Below, piece after piece: positions 23,315 through 37,130 of a stretch of DNA of 64,000 nt. Below the pieces are notes generated by a model. That model was not told where the DNA came from. It was given only the letters and a program-made list of their open reading frames with translations, and did not search any database. This DNA is from Toensbergia leucococca (Eukaryota). The stretch lies in the NCBI GenBank assembly GCA_022813965.1, contig JALDZS010000010.1, positions 186,001 through 250,000 of the forward strand. Direction: 5' to 3'. The position numbers were made by a program, and so were the translations under genes. Each line of letters begins with the position of its first letter. Position 1 is the first letter of the stretch.

Positions 23315-26249
23315 TCACGAAGGCTTAGAAGCCAACCGATTCCCAATCTGCTGCTGCAACTCCTCCTGTCTCTGCCCGTGCAGCTCCAGCATGTAGGCCG
23401 TGAACTCGTTTCCCAATTCCACAACGCGATCGAGATGCTTGGCCGCCAAGGGCTCATTGTCCTGATCAGCAAGCGCAAGAGCCGTGCGAACGCAATTGCG
23501 GATTTGTCTTCCGTTGATGTTGATTTTGCACAGCTTTTCCTTGACGTGCTTGGCTAGGATCTTCCTCTGGTCCTTGTGGGGGCCTGAGAGGTCTTTGATG
23601 AAAATGCTCCAGATCTCGCGGCGGCTGTCGGAGTCGAGGGCTGGGAGGCCTAAAGTCACGTGGATGCGGGATTGGAAGGCTTCGTCAATGGCGCCGATAC
23701 GGTTCGTGGTGAGGAAGAGAATACCGTCAAACTAGAAAATGAGATGTTAGTAGGGCCCTGAACGTGAACGACCAACCTAGATGACTTACATATTCAAGTT
23801 CGCGGAGGAAGACTTGAGGATGAGATCTCTTGATTAGCATTGTTCATGGCGTTATACACAGCATCGAAACCTAAGCTGAGCACTCACTTGATACAAGAGC
23901 ATTTTGTTTCAAATCGGCATAGTCTCTAACTCGAAGAAACACATCTGCTTCATCTAGAAGTAGTACAGCATTCCAAGTGGCCGCATTATCAAGGATTTCT
24001 TTAAGGTTAGATTCGAGATCGTAAGGCTCCGTGCCAAGGTCTCCACAAGTGACCATATATAGAGGCCTTTGGTACTCATCGGCTACGCACTCTACGATTT
24101 GTTAGCAATACTACCCCATTTCTTGGCACGAGGCAATTCAAGAGAACTTACCAGCGGTGAGGGTCTTGCCGGTACCGGGAGGTCCATGCAATAGAAGAAC
24201 AAGGCCTTTGCCTTTGCCGTTCACAATATCCTTAAACTTAGTCCCCTCGGACGCATAAGTGCTCACAAGTGCTTCAACAGTCTTCTTGTATTCTTCCTTA
24301 ACCACGAGCTTCTCAAATGCCTTTTTGCGGAAGTCCACTTTGGTAAGATCCTTGATTTTTATTGGCTCTGGAAGATTGTGAGCATTTCTGATTCAAACGT
24401 TGATATAATGACTGCTTACTCCACTCCTTCTGACGTAAAGAGAACGCAAATACTCTTTCCGGACAGAGCAGCAAGGCGAGTTCGTCGGGTTCGTCCTTTT
24501 CAGGATCTATTGAATTGTAGCGTGCATAGGATGAAGTTCGGTCTAACTTTTCGAAATTTTTCCTTGCCGTGTCCCTTCTGTCAGTGCAAATTCTACAGCC
24601 GCAGTGGTTTTCCTCTTTTGGACGGGAGCCCTCAAGCCGAATGCCTTCTATGCCTTCATTATCAGATATTTTTCTTTGGTATGTACCATGATCAACTATG
24701 ACACGAGTGAAATCCTATATTGTAAAGTCTTAGCGGAATTGACCATATGCAACACATCTGATGTTTAGCGAAGGAGCTTCCTTACACTTCCAAGGTTCTT
24801 CGACCAAGCTTTCCCAGAATATAACTTGAAACGCATATTTTTGTCCTTGAACGCCCAGAACTGTCGACCTCTCTCGATGAGGTCTTCCCTAACTTTCGCT
24901 TCATTGATGAGATGGCCGGAAGGCACGACCTCTAGGCTAGATACCTTTTTAGATCCATTGAAGGGACGGATGTAGAGGTTCGTGTACGCTCTACCAAACA
25001 TAGATCCATCGTAATCCATAGCCCAACATCTTAGCTCAAGAGAGGTAAGGATTTCACGTCCGCTCGGTAGGAGTTGATTCTCATGCCCAGATATTTCTTC
25101 CACTACATAGGCCCGTTGCTCCCCCTCACCAGCGCTGATCATGGAGTTCTCTCCCTCTCCTTTCTCATCTGACCCATGGGTGGAGAATACAATCGTTCCA
25201 GGTTTGAAGAGCAGCCAGGATCCTGCAAAAGAAATGATACTGTTTTTATCACTAAGGTCTAAACCGTCCAGCTCCTGGCTTACATCCGGACACTCTGATG
25301 CAAGGAAGTCAAATAGATTTATTGCAAGATCCTTCGTTTCTTCATCGGTCTTCCCATTCTCTATCTCCTTCAGAATCTCATTCCGGTGATGGAATAATAC
25401 CATGTATGGGCTCTTGAAGGAAACTGTCTTAGCTTGGAAAGACTGCCCTGGATAATATGTGACGACCTTCCTGAAAAGCTCCATTAGAGGCAACGACTTG
25501 ATTTCTAACGTTCTCTGGTTGTTCTTCTCCACATCTCGACAAACTGTCATGGCGTAGGTATCGGTAGAAACCTTTTCTTTCCTATTAGCTTTTATATCCT
25601 CGCTGTCGTCTACCACAGCTTCTGAGTTTGACTTTTCCTTCTTCAATCGCTTTATGTGCAACTTTCCAATTCGTTCGCTAGATTCCTCACTCTTTTTCTC
25701 CAGCTCCTTCGGGGTTTTATTTTGCTCCTCAAAGCTAGCGACTTTTTTCTCTAAACTTTCAATGTACGAAACTAGGCTAGTGGCTTCTCTGAGATGATTG
25801 TTTGATGGCTGTGGCTTCACCTCCTCTGTTCGAGGAACAATATCTGACCAGCGTCCTTGTTTGATTATATCGGTCACAAGTTGTTTGAGCATATTCATAT
25901 CGTATGGGTGTGGTTGGACAATTGATCCTTCTCTAACTGTAGTCTGTCTCGATCGTAGCTGCTCGTTCCCATCCTTCTCTGCATCGGAGCTTTTACCAAC
26001 ATCGTCAGCCATGCTTGTTGCAGCTGTTGTAGTACTGTCCATGGGTGGCTGGGACTCGTCCGATGAAGAGTCTGTCGAGGTATGCTCGGACTGGTAGTCA
26101 GGATGTGATTTCGAACATTTAGGGGCTTGCTCGTGGTCTTTCGTGATATATTAGCGCAATCATTCGTCGTGAATTTGCATAGTTCGACACTGACAGGCTT
26201 GCAATATTGGGTCGTCGGCTGCGATCATGACCGGCGCCCTCGGAGTCAT
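23315..26249 (-). CDS. Fungal AAA+ ATPase with long N-terminal extension (DUF7025-type), multi-exon
   Basis: Walker A GKGLVLLLHGPPGTGKTLTA|ECVA, Walker B LLLDEADVFL, sensor FLTTNR..IDEAFQSRIH, NGRQIRN and N-terminal WLLFKPGT/WAMDYDG motifs. A probable short first exon starts at ATG 26249 and splices in frame (less certain than the core). Confidence 0.9.
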
Positions 26250-26794
26250 CGTGGCTCATTTACAGAGCGCAATGTGCGCTTTGTAATAGATGGTCCACTT
26301 TTATATTCGCAGCAAAGATAACTATTCAATCTGGATCCGAATGGTCCTGAATGCAAAAGTGGTCCAGGTCTTGAATTCTTTCAAAGGCCAGACTCCAGTA
26401 AGTGTAAAGCTGTAGAGAGAGCTTTCAGTTGGAGCGGCACTGCCACTCCTGCCGCTCAAACTCGGTACTGGATAAATCTTGGACCTTGGCATTGTTGTGG
26501 CTGCACCTTCAATTGTAAGCCTCTGTCTCGTGCGGCATATCACCTCATTCCTAATTACCCACTGACTTCTGTCGCCTCAAAGGAGGAGGCTTGCACAAGG
26601 GTGAATTTCTCGATGAGTTGCTGACTAGACCAGATAGTCATAGGTGTAGAGCCTGTGTCTAACCTCTCCATACGTAATGGTCAAGGCGCTTCAGCGAGGT
26701 CCCTAAAGCTGGTAGTTTGGATGATAGGTGAAGATTTTAACAGACAGGATTATTGGCTTTCCAGCAGCGTGTCCGAAGGTAGTGAGAAAATAGG

Positions 26795-29325
26795 ATGGAT
26801 TCACTGACGCTGGGCGGTGTTCATTTGCCCTTCATGAACCCCAAACAGAAAATCAGAGCGTCCACCTTTCCTGCTCCTTCTGTGTCTGCTTCATCTAGTT
26901 CTCTACAGTCTATAGCAGTTCCGCGATTGTTACTACCAAATAGCTGTGTGCCGTCCAGTACTCCTCTTGGCGTCAGCAACAAGCAATCCCATTCAAGAGA
27001 TTGGGGGAAAAGGATATGGGAGCAGTGGGAATTTCCTTTCCAAGCAGACAGCCAGGGGACTTTCTTAGCTAATTTGACCATGCCAGGCAAAACACGCAGC
27101 ATTCCTTTCGGGAGCTAAAAGAGGTAGTGGACGACTACAATCATGAAGCATCTGCAAGAGACTGGATTCATGTAGACACACATAGCATTACGTGTGAGCG
27201 TGTTCTTCAGGAGGCAAGGAACGAGCAGAGTATTCGATATCCGGACTATCTTCCAAGGAATGTCGGCCAGAAGGTGATTCGAGGATTGGACAAATTCTGT
27301 GCATCAGCATACAATTACAGTACGATGATCGATGTCCTGGTCAACCAAGCTCCTGAGTACACAAGCTTGGCGTGGGGTGCTATCAAATTCCTTCTGATTG
27401 TCAACATCAATTCACAAGAGTTGAAAGAAAGCGTGGCCCAAGTCCTTGGTGATATTGGAGACAAGTTCAGGATGGTGAAGTGCTTTCTAGACCTGTTCCC
27501 TTCGAGGGAGATGGTTGAACACGTCTGCGGGGCATATGAGCAATTCTCTCAATTTTTGACCAAGGCTGTCTCTTATTACAAGGAGTGCAGATTGAGTAAG
27601 GTCTTGACTGCTCTTTGGTGACTAGACTGATGACTGACTGTGATACTGATTAGAGAGGATTTTCAAGAACATTGGCCAGCCTTATGCAATTCGGTTTCAG
27701 CCAATCGTCAACCGAATGGACATCTACGTTAATAAGATCAAAGAACAGGTACAGATTGGACAAGGTTTGGCTATTGTTGGGAATACTCAGACATTGAGGG
27801 AGCATACCCAAAATCTAGCAGCAATTAAGTGGGGCATCTCGGAAGGTAACCACCGGGTACTTTCTGCCATGGAGGAGCAGTTGGAAGGTAACTGTGTCGC
27901 TCCTGTTTTTGAAGCCATGCTCTGAGATAGTGTTTCTTCCAGAAAACCGAAGAGCTATGCTCTGGCAGCATGAGACTCTGCAGTACATTGTGAAACGTAA
28001 GAAAACCTCGGAGATCCCATCTTGTAAATCTAATTTCTTTCACAGAGAATACAAGAGAGACGCCTGATCAAGTCCTTGGAGGACTCCTTGAAACGAGATG
28101 CTTCATTGAGGTCTTTAAATTGGTCTTTCCCGTAATACTTACTACGGAGCAGGACTTCCCTCGATGTAAAAAGTCGATACGGGCTCTGAAACCTCGTATA
28201 TCATATCAAAGCCTAGGGCTTCTTGATAGAAATGATATTCGATCTTGGGTTGAGAGTCACCGCTCAGAATTACTATGGATAGATGGCTACAGAAGTCAGC
28301 CAGACTGGACCACCTCATTTGCAGTTGACTTGATCGATGCTGCAAAGGAGAATGGAAATGTTGTACTACACTACATCTGTAGCGAGCACAATGTTTCAAG
28401 TGAATTCAACCACCCGACGATTTGGGTAAAGACGTTTGTATTTCAGCTAATACAGCAACGATCAGACTTTTTCAATATTGATCAGCAAAAGTCCATCCTG
28501 GGTCGTTTGCTGGCAGTGCAGAACAATTTTGGTAGCCTTTGGCAGGTACTCGTGGATTGCCTTCAGGGAATGAATGTAGGCTTTATTTACGTGGTCGTCA
28601 ACAATGTTGACATGACTTATGGTAGTCCCACAATCAGGAAAGAAGTTCAGTCTCTTATCCGGGGGTTACATCAGCTGGCAAGGCTTGAGAAAAGGGTTAT
28701 CAAGATATTGGTGACCTCCCGCCAGTCTTCCTCGGACCTCATCTCCGCTGAAGATCCTGAGACCGCGGTGGTGCACATACCAATCGCGTATGAAAATAAA
28801 AAAGCACGCAGAATCCATCCGGGCACACTCGAAGCTGTCAAGAGGCCGTGGAAGCCCTGGCCCGATAGAGTTACCGATCGGGATATGAGCATTTCTTCGA
28901 TGCTCACGGACTCAAGTTTTACGAATGATAGTGCTATAGAAGAAAACTTCGTATCTTCACCCGAAGATATTAGTAGCAGTGATTTACCACGAAGTAGAAA
29001 GCGTATGATACGCTCACAGCGGGCAAGACCCGGGCAGTCGAAGAAAAATGCTCCGGCCAAAGGCGCAAAGAGCAGAAGAAGCACAGAAGGCTCAGACACG
29101 CAGACGAGTTCGACCGAGAGCTCAACAGAAAGTAGTGATGATGATAGCAACAAGAAGCGCAAACCGAAGTCCGCAATATCCAAGTATACCAAGAAGACCT
29201 CTCATAATGAAAAAGGGAAAGAGCACCAAAACACTCATGAACGCTACAACATAATCGAATCCGAGTCTTCAAGCTCTCTCGACTCGACTGCCGGCTATTT
29301 GGCTAGCTCTTCTGAGAGTGATTAA
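26795..29325 (+). CDS. NACHT-like (NPHP3_N-type) STAND protein with N-terminal helical domain and degenerate P-loop; multi-exon; disordered S/D/K-rich tail
   Basis: N-terminal APEYTSLAWGAIKFLL (Goodbye/DUF7708-like). The core has SELLWIDG lacking GxxGxGKS, IYVVVNNVD at the Walker B position, and KILVTSR. The start codon is uncertain. Confidence 0.72.
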
Positions 29326-29486
29326 ATCTACTAAATTGGATGCACAGGCCGGACGTTTGAGGATCGAGATATTTCCTGCTCGAGTTGCTCCAATTGTATG
29401 ATGCTCGACGATTTCGACATATGAAACGCGAGATAGATAGTATTCTCTCTAACAACTCAGATTCATCAGGCTCGTCCCGATATAAA

Positions 29487-31580
29487 CTACACTCCAGTAC
29501 CGATTAAAGCGTGCTGCTTCTTCATGCCATCCTTCCATTTCAAATACTCCTTGATCGCATTCTCGTACTCCCCAGCGTGGCGTTCGTCCGATTCGCGATT
29601 CTCATCACCACCCTTCCTCACGAGACACCACTTTCCCCACAGTACCTTCAATAACCCCCCGACTCCCAGAATAAATGGGATCAGCTGACCCAGAGTGCTC
29701 AGACTCTGCAGCCCTCCTACATGATTCCATCTGATCGTGAGCTCAACCTGCACAATCAGCAGGACGATAACTATGAAGGTCTGTAAGGCCATGAGCGTCC
29801 AGATTCGTGCTGTTATGACGAGTGGAATCTGCGACAATTGAACGTCAGATGCAATGGCAAGTGCTCGCCATCCTGGCGCTTTTGCCGTTTGATCAAGTCG
29901 GATCATTCGATCGACGAATCGTGGCCATCGCCAAACTGGATGTTGTTGAAGCGCTGTGACATGGAAAGAGAGACTCATTCGCGTGCCCCAGTTAGGCTCG
30001 TTGGTCCATTCAGCTTGGATTGTGCGATACAAGCAGTGGCTGTACGAAGTTGGATGGGTCTTCCGTGGTAGACGAGGTGCCACAGACTTCTCGGTCCTCG
30101 ATTCGGCAGAAACAATGGCTTCTCCTTCTACTATATCTGACGCTTTGCCCTCAGTCTGCGACTGACTCAAATTTTGCCTGGTATCAGCAGCTACCTGTGG
30201 ATGGCATGCGATTCCAAGACATGGCATCCGGAATTGAAGATGGCCACGTGTGCAGAATTGACGTTCTGCCTTCGATAGAGCAGTACCCTTGTCATAAATG
30301 GAAATCACAGACTCAATGTATCTCTCTGCTTCGTGGATCTTTTCAAAAGAAATCTTCGATGCCATTTTCCTCGCCACAGTCTCCGATCCCGCCGTAGACA
30401 CTTGCTCATCGGCTCGTATGGACTTCTCGTTCTCCTCTTTTATCGATGCAAGGCTATTGAAACCATCAGATTTGAATGCTCTCTTCCTAGCAAAACTGAA
30501 TATTTGGAAGATGCCATACCCTATTTTATTCTTATTATCACCAGAGGTCGGGCCAGCTTCGTTATTCTCCATGGCGTCATGTCTCTTACTCTCGTTGTCA
30601 TTGCTTCCTGGAGTCACTGCCAAATTCTGACTCTGGCCTTGAATCTCGATAGGTAGACACTCCTGAAGTGCCGGCTGAGGCTTCAAGACGGGCTGAGCAG
30701 TAGAAGAAGGGACACAATTTTCACTTTCCGCACTCACTTTCTCGAAGTCGTCATGCTGAATCTTTACACTCGGTACTAGGCCCCTCGAAGATGTTCCCGG
30801 AGAGATAATGCCTTCGTCTTTCTCCTGACTCTCTGTTGCCATACGACTTTGGGGAGTTTCTTCCTTTGGTGTAATGACTACTTTACCATCTCCAACGCCT
30901 TCCCTCATGTCTTTCTCAATCGGATGGGGAGTGGACGAGCCAGTGTTCTTAACTTTTGAATCAATCACTCGCCCAACTCTCGCCGCCTCCTCCACAAAAT
31001 TAGCCCGATACTCTCTCAAACGCACCGTCTGAACCGCTTTTGCAACGTCATACAGCGTGTTCCTCAGACACCTCCCCACAAACGTCACCAACGCCAACGC
31101 TTCCATCGCCCGCCTCATCCATCCATACATATCCGTCCTCACAAAATAACATGCCCATGTCCCTCCCCCAGGCGTCCTCACCAAACTATCCAATCCCTTC
31201 CACCAAAACCAAACATTGAACCCCATTCCCGCATTCACAACAAGCAAGCGCACCCAGTCCTGTCCCCCTTTCCCGCTCAGATAGCGTGTGCTGTACCGCG
31301 TGCCCTCCATCACGCTCACGAGCGCCAAACACAGGCCGATCTGCAGCAGCAAGAACGCCTCCACCGCATACGTCGTGCGCGCGTTGCGGGCATAGATGAA
31401 GCCGACAACGAGCAGCGCGAAGAGGAAGAGGGCGTTGACGGCACGCAGCTCGCGCGCGGAGCTCAGCAGGAAGAAGTTGGAGAACCAGACTGCGAGGGCT
31501 TGGGTGTAGTAGCCGGTGCGGATGCCGATGCCGTAGATGTCTGCGTTGCCAGTGAAGCCGAGGGTTTGGTTTGAGGTCAT
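29487..31580 (-). CDS. Uncharacterised fungal multi-pass membrane protein (paralog A)
   Basis: 697-aa ORF with N-terminal GFTGNADIYGIGIRTGYYTQ, several hydrophobic segments, a long polar loop and C-terminal ELTIRWN..GQLIPFILG TM pair. Confidence 0.85.
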   Translation of the reverse strand: MTSNQTLGFTGNADIYGIGIRTGYYTQALAVWFSNFFLLSSARELRAVNALFLFALLVVGFIYARNARTTYAVEAFLLLQIGLCLALVSVMEGTRYSTRYLSGKGGQDWVRLLVVNAGMGFNVWFWWKGLDSLVRTPGGGTWACYFVRTDMYGWMRRAMEALALVTFVGRCLRNTLYDVAKAVQTVRLREYRANFVEEAARVGRVIDSKVKNTGSSTPHPIEKDMREGVGDGKVVITPKEETPQSRMATESQEKDEGIISPGTSSRGLVPSVKIQHDDFEKVSAESENCVPSSTAQPVLKPQPALQECLPIEIQGQSQNLAVTPGSNDNESKRHDAMENNEAGPTSGDNKNKIGYGIFQIFSFARKRAFKSDGFNSLASIKEENEKSIRADEQVSTAGSETVARKMASKISFEKIHEAERYIESVISIYDKGTALSKAERQFCTRGHLQFRMPCLGIACHPQVAADTRQNLSQSQTEGKASDIVEGEAIVSAESRTEKSVAPRLPRKTHPTSYSHCLYRTIQAEWTNEPNWGTRMSLSFHVTALQQHPVWRWPRFVDRMIRLDQTAKAPGWRALAIASDVQLSQIPLVITARIWTLMALQTFIVIVLLIVQVELTIRWNHVGGLQSLSTLGQLIPFILGVGGLLKVLWGKWCLVRKGGDENRESDERHAGEYENAIKEYLKWKDGMKKQHALIGTGV

Positions 31581-32529
31581 GCTTTTTTGGACAGCTTTAT
31601 ATATATATCGCTAGATCAAAAGCAGGATTTTGGCAATAGTCATAATAGCTGCATTCAAAGGCCAGACCAATGTTTGAAAAAATGGCTCTTTTCTCACGAC
31701 TTGGCAGAGGAAGCCAAAGGCAGATTTGTGACAAAAGCAAACAGGAATGCAAAATTTTATTTCAAGAATCAGGCTGCAAAGAATCAAAAAAAAAAAATCT
31801 AGGTGTAGAGCAGAGCACATCAAAGTGCGCCCCCCCCCCAAAAAAAAACGAAAGAGTGCCTCGCCCCCTTTCCCCCACCCCTGTAACCATAGCCGCCGGA
31901 CAGGTAGAAATAGGTGTTTCAGCCCCGTCCCCAGAAACCTTCTGCCAGAACTCCCTAGCCTACCTAGCGCTTAGCCTTTTTTAAACCCCCAAGTAAATAT
32001 GGCGTGCATCATTAGGTGCTTGCTTGCCTTTGATGGTACGGATACCCAATGTGATAAAATAATTCCAAAAAGCCTCCTCGGGTAGGGTTTGGCGCCTGTT
32101 TCGCTTGGCTTGGCTTGGCTTTTTTTTTTTTTTTTTGTTGTTGGCGCGAGGCCAGCCTCGTAGGGTTTGCTTTCAACCACTCGCTCCTCCCTCCCGGTGC
32201 GTGAGCTGGCAACCAAACAAAATTCTTCTTCTCTATGGCTTAGCAAATAAACCCATCACAACCTCAATGCGATAGAGTTTTTCGCAATAACTTTCCCCCA
32301 CTTGTCGTGCGGAGATTTTGAATATTCTGAAAGATCGTGTGAAGAGTGAGATCTAGATCTGGCGTTCATTCATATTAGATTGAGACAGGACTTGGGTGAA
32401 ACTCATGCTTGAGTAGTATTTCACAATTCAAGGAGAGTAATTATCATAATAGGCTGTAACGACTGTATATCCTGCCCCTACCCCCGTTTGCACGCTTCCT
32501 TATGAAAATACGCCTGAGGTACACGACAT

Positions 32530-34813
32530 TCACAGGTGTTGACCGACACTGAGACCTCCAGCCTTACCGTTAGTCACATCGGGAAGCACCTCATACCCAG
32601 AGAAACTAGACAGCATGGCATCCTGTTGAGAGTGCGTGCCTGTTCCTCCCGCCACCGTCACCGTGAGAGAAGGGAACTGCGAAAGATCTACTTCTCCGCC
32701 ACCCACCTAGCGCCAAAGTGTTAGCATTGTCAAAGATCATTATACCACAAGGGGTGCATAGACATACAGTGGTGACCTTCCATGACAGATTCTCCTTTAG
32801 CCAATCCGCCGTCTGAGGACGATCCTGGACGTCAAAATTGCTGTTCTCGTCCGTGCTCAGTGCGATTAGAGCAGGGGTAAGGGGCAATAGACCCGTCGCT
32901 AGAGCTCCTTCAGTCGCTTGAGCGGCGCAGTTAGCGCAGCCTACGTCACCGTTCTCGACGTGCAAGGCCGAGGAGAAATTGTAGATAATTCCGATTTCGT
33001 TAGAATAGACCGCTGGCTCTGTGATAGGCTGTGACTCCGGCCCGAGGAGAATATGTATCGTGAAAGGAACGCCACCGAGCGCAAACCTAGGTGGAGTTGT
33101 AAGCATGAGAGCCCGTTAACGCTTTTGGAATTTATCATACTTCTCATAGCTTGCGATAACAACGTAATCATTCTGCTCAAAACTATTCCCAACTATAGGC
33201 AGCTGAGAATTTAAGCTCTTTGGCGGCTCCAGCACAAGCGCTCGAGTTGTGCCGTATAAATTGTTGATTGTGGCCCTGATATCAAGCCTATACAGCTCCC
33301 AGTCAATACTTTTATCCTTCTCATCTTTCTGGTACGCTGGTAGCCATGGTTGCAACTCTGGATATGAATATCCACAACTCTCTCGCCAATAACGGGCCTT
33401 GTCCGAATTCCATTTTCCGCCGGCACTGTTGTCGTGGAAAGGCTTCAAGAAGGTTTCTGGCACACCATCGCCTGCTAATGAAGACTTGCCATCCCACCAG
33501 AGTTCAGGGTTTAGGTCTTGCCACATAGCATAGAAACGATCAATGTTACTAATCAAAGTCAGGCTGTTCTATATTCAAAAGCGGTCTGCTACTCACGCAT
33601 GATGAAGCCAAAAGATTGGATCAAATGCAGCTACCGGCACTTCACTCATGTGACCTTCAAGTTTCACGCCTCCCGTCCAGTTGTGGATCATATTGTGGAT
33701 ACCCTCTAACGACAAATAGTGAGTCACGACAGGGTCCTTTTTCGGCTTGTAGAAATGTGTTGTTGCAAATGCCTGATAGTTCTCAAACCAGCGTTCAGTA
33801 AAGAGGCGATACACAGCGTCCGAGATGGTCATAGAAGGCATCCCCTTTTGCGGCCAAGCGGCGTCTGTTAGCGCATTTTCAACTGAATCGTTGTCGACTT
33901 CACCGAAAACCCATTCATGACCACTTGTAGCTTTGGGCCATCGACTTGTTCCGATACAATCTTGATACTAAATATCCAGGTAAGCGTAGGCTGCAGATAA
34001 GCTTAAGAGGCTTACAGGGACCCAACCAACGTCGGTACCTCCATTTACTGCAGGTACCCCATGATCTCCCATTTTCTCAGATTTCGGCATGACGAATTTG
34101 TACATGGGATTGCAATATGACTTCGACGGGTATGCCGGTGTATCAATTTCGATCTTTGGATTTCTTGCAATCGCTGGGAAGCGTGTAGTATTTTGAGACG
34201 CCCAGTCCCAGTAGGGCAGCCGCCATGAGTCAGCGGCTTCTCGCCAAGCAGTTTTCGTTCCAGATGGAGCGCCAGCGGTGTGCTTTGCAATGACACTCTC
34301 CATGAGTTCGTATAGACGTTGCTAGGAAATTGGTCAGCACGATGTATAAGAATGGGGAGCAGATGTCAACCTACTTCGTAGAGCATCAAATAAGGTCGGT
34401 GCCATGAGGGAAATAGGATGCTGTTGTGAGTACAATAGCCTTGCAAATTTTTGCTCTTTGGATTCATTTTTGGCTTCGGCACGCCATCCCAGTTCTTCTG
34501 AGGATAGCCATGAATTCCTACCTTATTGTCAGCCGTAGTAACGATGCATGAGAAGTATAAGCCAGCCCGTAGGATGATATATCTCATGTTCTATCGACGT
34601 ACCTGCAACTTGGAAGTAAGACAGCTGCTCTTCGACATTGATCTCTTCAAATTCAAGGAGTGCAAGAAGAAATAGCTTGACTTGGATGACATCTCTATCG
34701 ACCTTGGATCTGAACCACTCATTGACCTCGCGACGTAGTGGCACTGAACCATCGGGTGGGGGTGGATTTGGGAGTGGAATTCCCTTGATGGGATAAGTCT
34801 CTTTAGTGGCCAT
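32530..34813 (-). CDS. Tyrosinase (type-3 dicopper polyphenol oxidase), cytosolic long type, multi-exon
   Basis: CuA: GIHGYP and YCTHNSILFPSWHRPY. Also WRLPYWDWA. CuB: SLEGIHNMIH..GHMSEVPVAAFDPIFWLHHA|NIDR. C-terminal shielding domain with CANC, ending PDVTNGKAGGL..QHL*. Confidence 0.95.
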
Positions 34814-37130
34814 TTTCTAAGAAGTGGATAGCTCGAGTTAAGGGGAATTGAAGCTGCTGCTCTGCTCTCGAAACGGAACGCTCTTTGTATTTGTACATAG
34901 TCCTGCTACCCTGTAGCTCATTGCCGCCGGATACACGTTCAGGTATCTGTGGGGGATCAGACGTGCAGATAATTTTCCGCGGAACATTCAGCTGATGTAT
35001 GTCGAGCTATAATTGCCATTTTCGAAGCCTGAAAGGCCGGATGTCTTTCGAGGACCAATCCACGTTGGGCGATTGTGTTCGATTGAAGTATAGTCGATGC
35101 CATCGACAAAGCTATTACAGACATTGCAGAAGCCAAAGACAGAAGAGATCCACCAGCCAGCCACAAGAACGCCGGTAGATAACACTACCTAATCATGACA
35201 CTGTAAAGCTGAGAGAGTTGAGCCAGATGGCGTTGTTCTCAAGTGCCGAAGCCATCCATTAGTCTGCATAAGGTAGTAAGAATATTTTCATGTACACTGC
35301 TGTCAGAAGTAGCGCATCGGGTGCGGCCCGGGTAGGGACTGTAATCCGTGGGCACTAAGGTAATGCTGGCACCACTGGTTCATGCTCCGTCACACAACCT
35401 AGATAGGCAGGTATGTTTTCCCCACCATTCAAATACAGCTGTAAAGCATGCCGCTTCGATTACTCCACAAGCAAAAAGAGACTTGGTGGACGACAAGGAT
35501 GTTTCACAAATATTGCTCGACAGGGAACATTCCGCATGGTCAAGGACCTCCACCTGTGCTCCACTCTAGCATCTTGAGCAGACGCCAACCTCAAAGAGAG
35601 CATCGCCAAGGCTTTCAATGTTTTTCTGAATTCCAGGAAGTGCGATGCTGGGCACTCTCCTCTGCTGTGAACTATCAAATGAGCTGCAAGCCATACTGAC
35701 TGCTATCTCTATGTATCAATTGCTGAAAAAACCCACCTTATCTGCCTCGATATGTGCCGCTGTATGAGAGGTAGGCAGGCAGCTGGAACTCTTCCTCCCA
35801 GTCTCACTACTACGGCTCGCACATGACGTTAATGTGTACCAACCTTTTTCCCGTTGTGTTCATGTGGCTGCTTCTGTGGCTAGCTGAGGTTGTTGCTTAG
35901 GCAGCAGCTCATATACATAATTGCAAGGGCATCACTTGGACTCGCGCGTCAGTCACATATATCATGCGATGACGATAGAGGGCAAGGTTGACGGGGTAGT
36001 TTATTCTTAGCAGACATACTATCCCGCGATTCAATACCGCATCATCTGATGCAGAGAAAGTTCTTGTAGCTAAATGCATTGTGCAGAGGGGTGAAAGTCA
36101 TGGAGACGAGTACGTTGTGACTATGGACTGCACACATAGTGTCAAACATCAGACAGTCACCTACTAGCAATGCGTATTACACACCCTCCTACGTGGCCAG
36201 GTTCTCCTTTACGAGGCGGCAAGCAGTGGCGATATTTATCACCCCACTGCCATGAAGGCCTCTCACTGGCCATTGTCTGGCAGCTTTATATGGCGTAAGG
36301 TAGTAAAGGTGTCTTGTTTTTGTCATTGCCATCGGTTATCTCTTCGTCGTTATAGGTCTCCGTCTCCGCCCTTTTCTCACCCTGTACCCCTTTTTCGTCC
36401 TGCCCCAATTGTTGAGGCTTGATATTTTTGAAGCAAATTTGCGTCCGTGTGCCCACGAGAGGAGAGTATCACGGAATGGAGGAGGATCAGGGACAGAATC
36501 TTCTGTCTTCTTGGGGAGGATGAAGCATCTATCCTCCTGGACGCTAGTAACCCTCTTCTTCGTTTTGATTCGGGGGATTTGCGAGACGAAGTGCCTCGAA
36601 GCCGCCGCTGTCCTTAAGGTTCTTGTCGGCGCCATACCTGAGAAGTTGTCTCACATTGTTACAGCATCCCCAGAGAACGGCCTGCATCAGCGGAGTTCTA
36701 CCATCCTTGTTCTGTCAGTTGAAATGTGTTCCTCATTCTAGCAGAGGATTTATGACTAAAGAAAACTCCTGTAGGCGGCCAGTCGTTGTGCGGAATTTCC
36801 ATCATCGGCGACGCCGTAAAGGAAGATCTGACACTTTGGAGAGAATTCTAGGAAGGCTTGGAATGCAGCGATGCCAGAGACTAAGCCTAATGTAGTAATT
36901 TACCATGTCACGTCATCGTACGATTGAGCGAAATAGGCGAGGTCCGCGAGTTTGAAGCTGGCTCGGCTGGTTGTTAATTACATCTCACTTCGTTCGCTGC
37001 ACTTATTTCTCCTCACGCTTTCCAGTACGAGTACTCGTACACCTATCGCAATGACCTGAGACTTTACTCTCTTTTTAATCACTTTGTTTTTCCACATTTC
37101 GGTGTGCTGCTGCTTTCGAGATGGCGGGTA

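Noticed and set aside
36336..36635. 99-aa basic ORF (minus strand) between the tyrosinase and membrane paralog B
   Set aside because: It has an ATG and a possible upstream acceptor, so it may be real, but no recognisable motif supports a call without RNA evidence.
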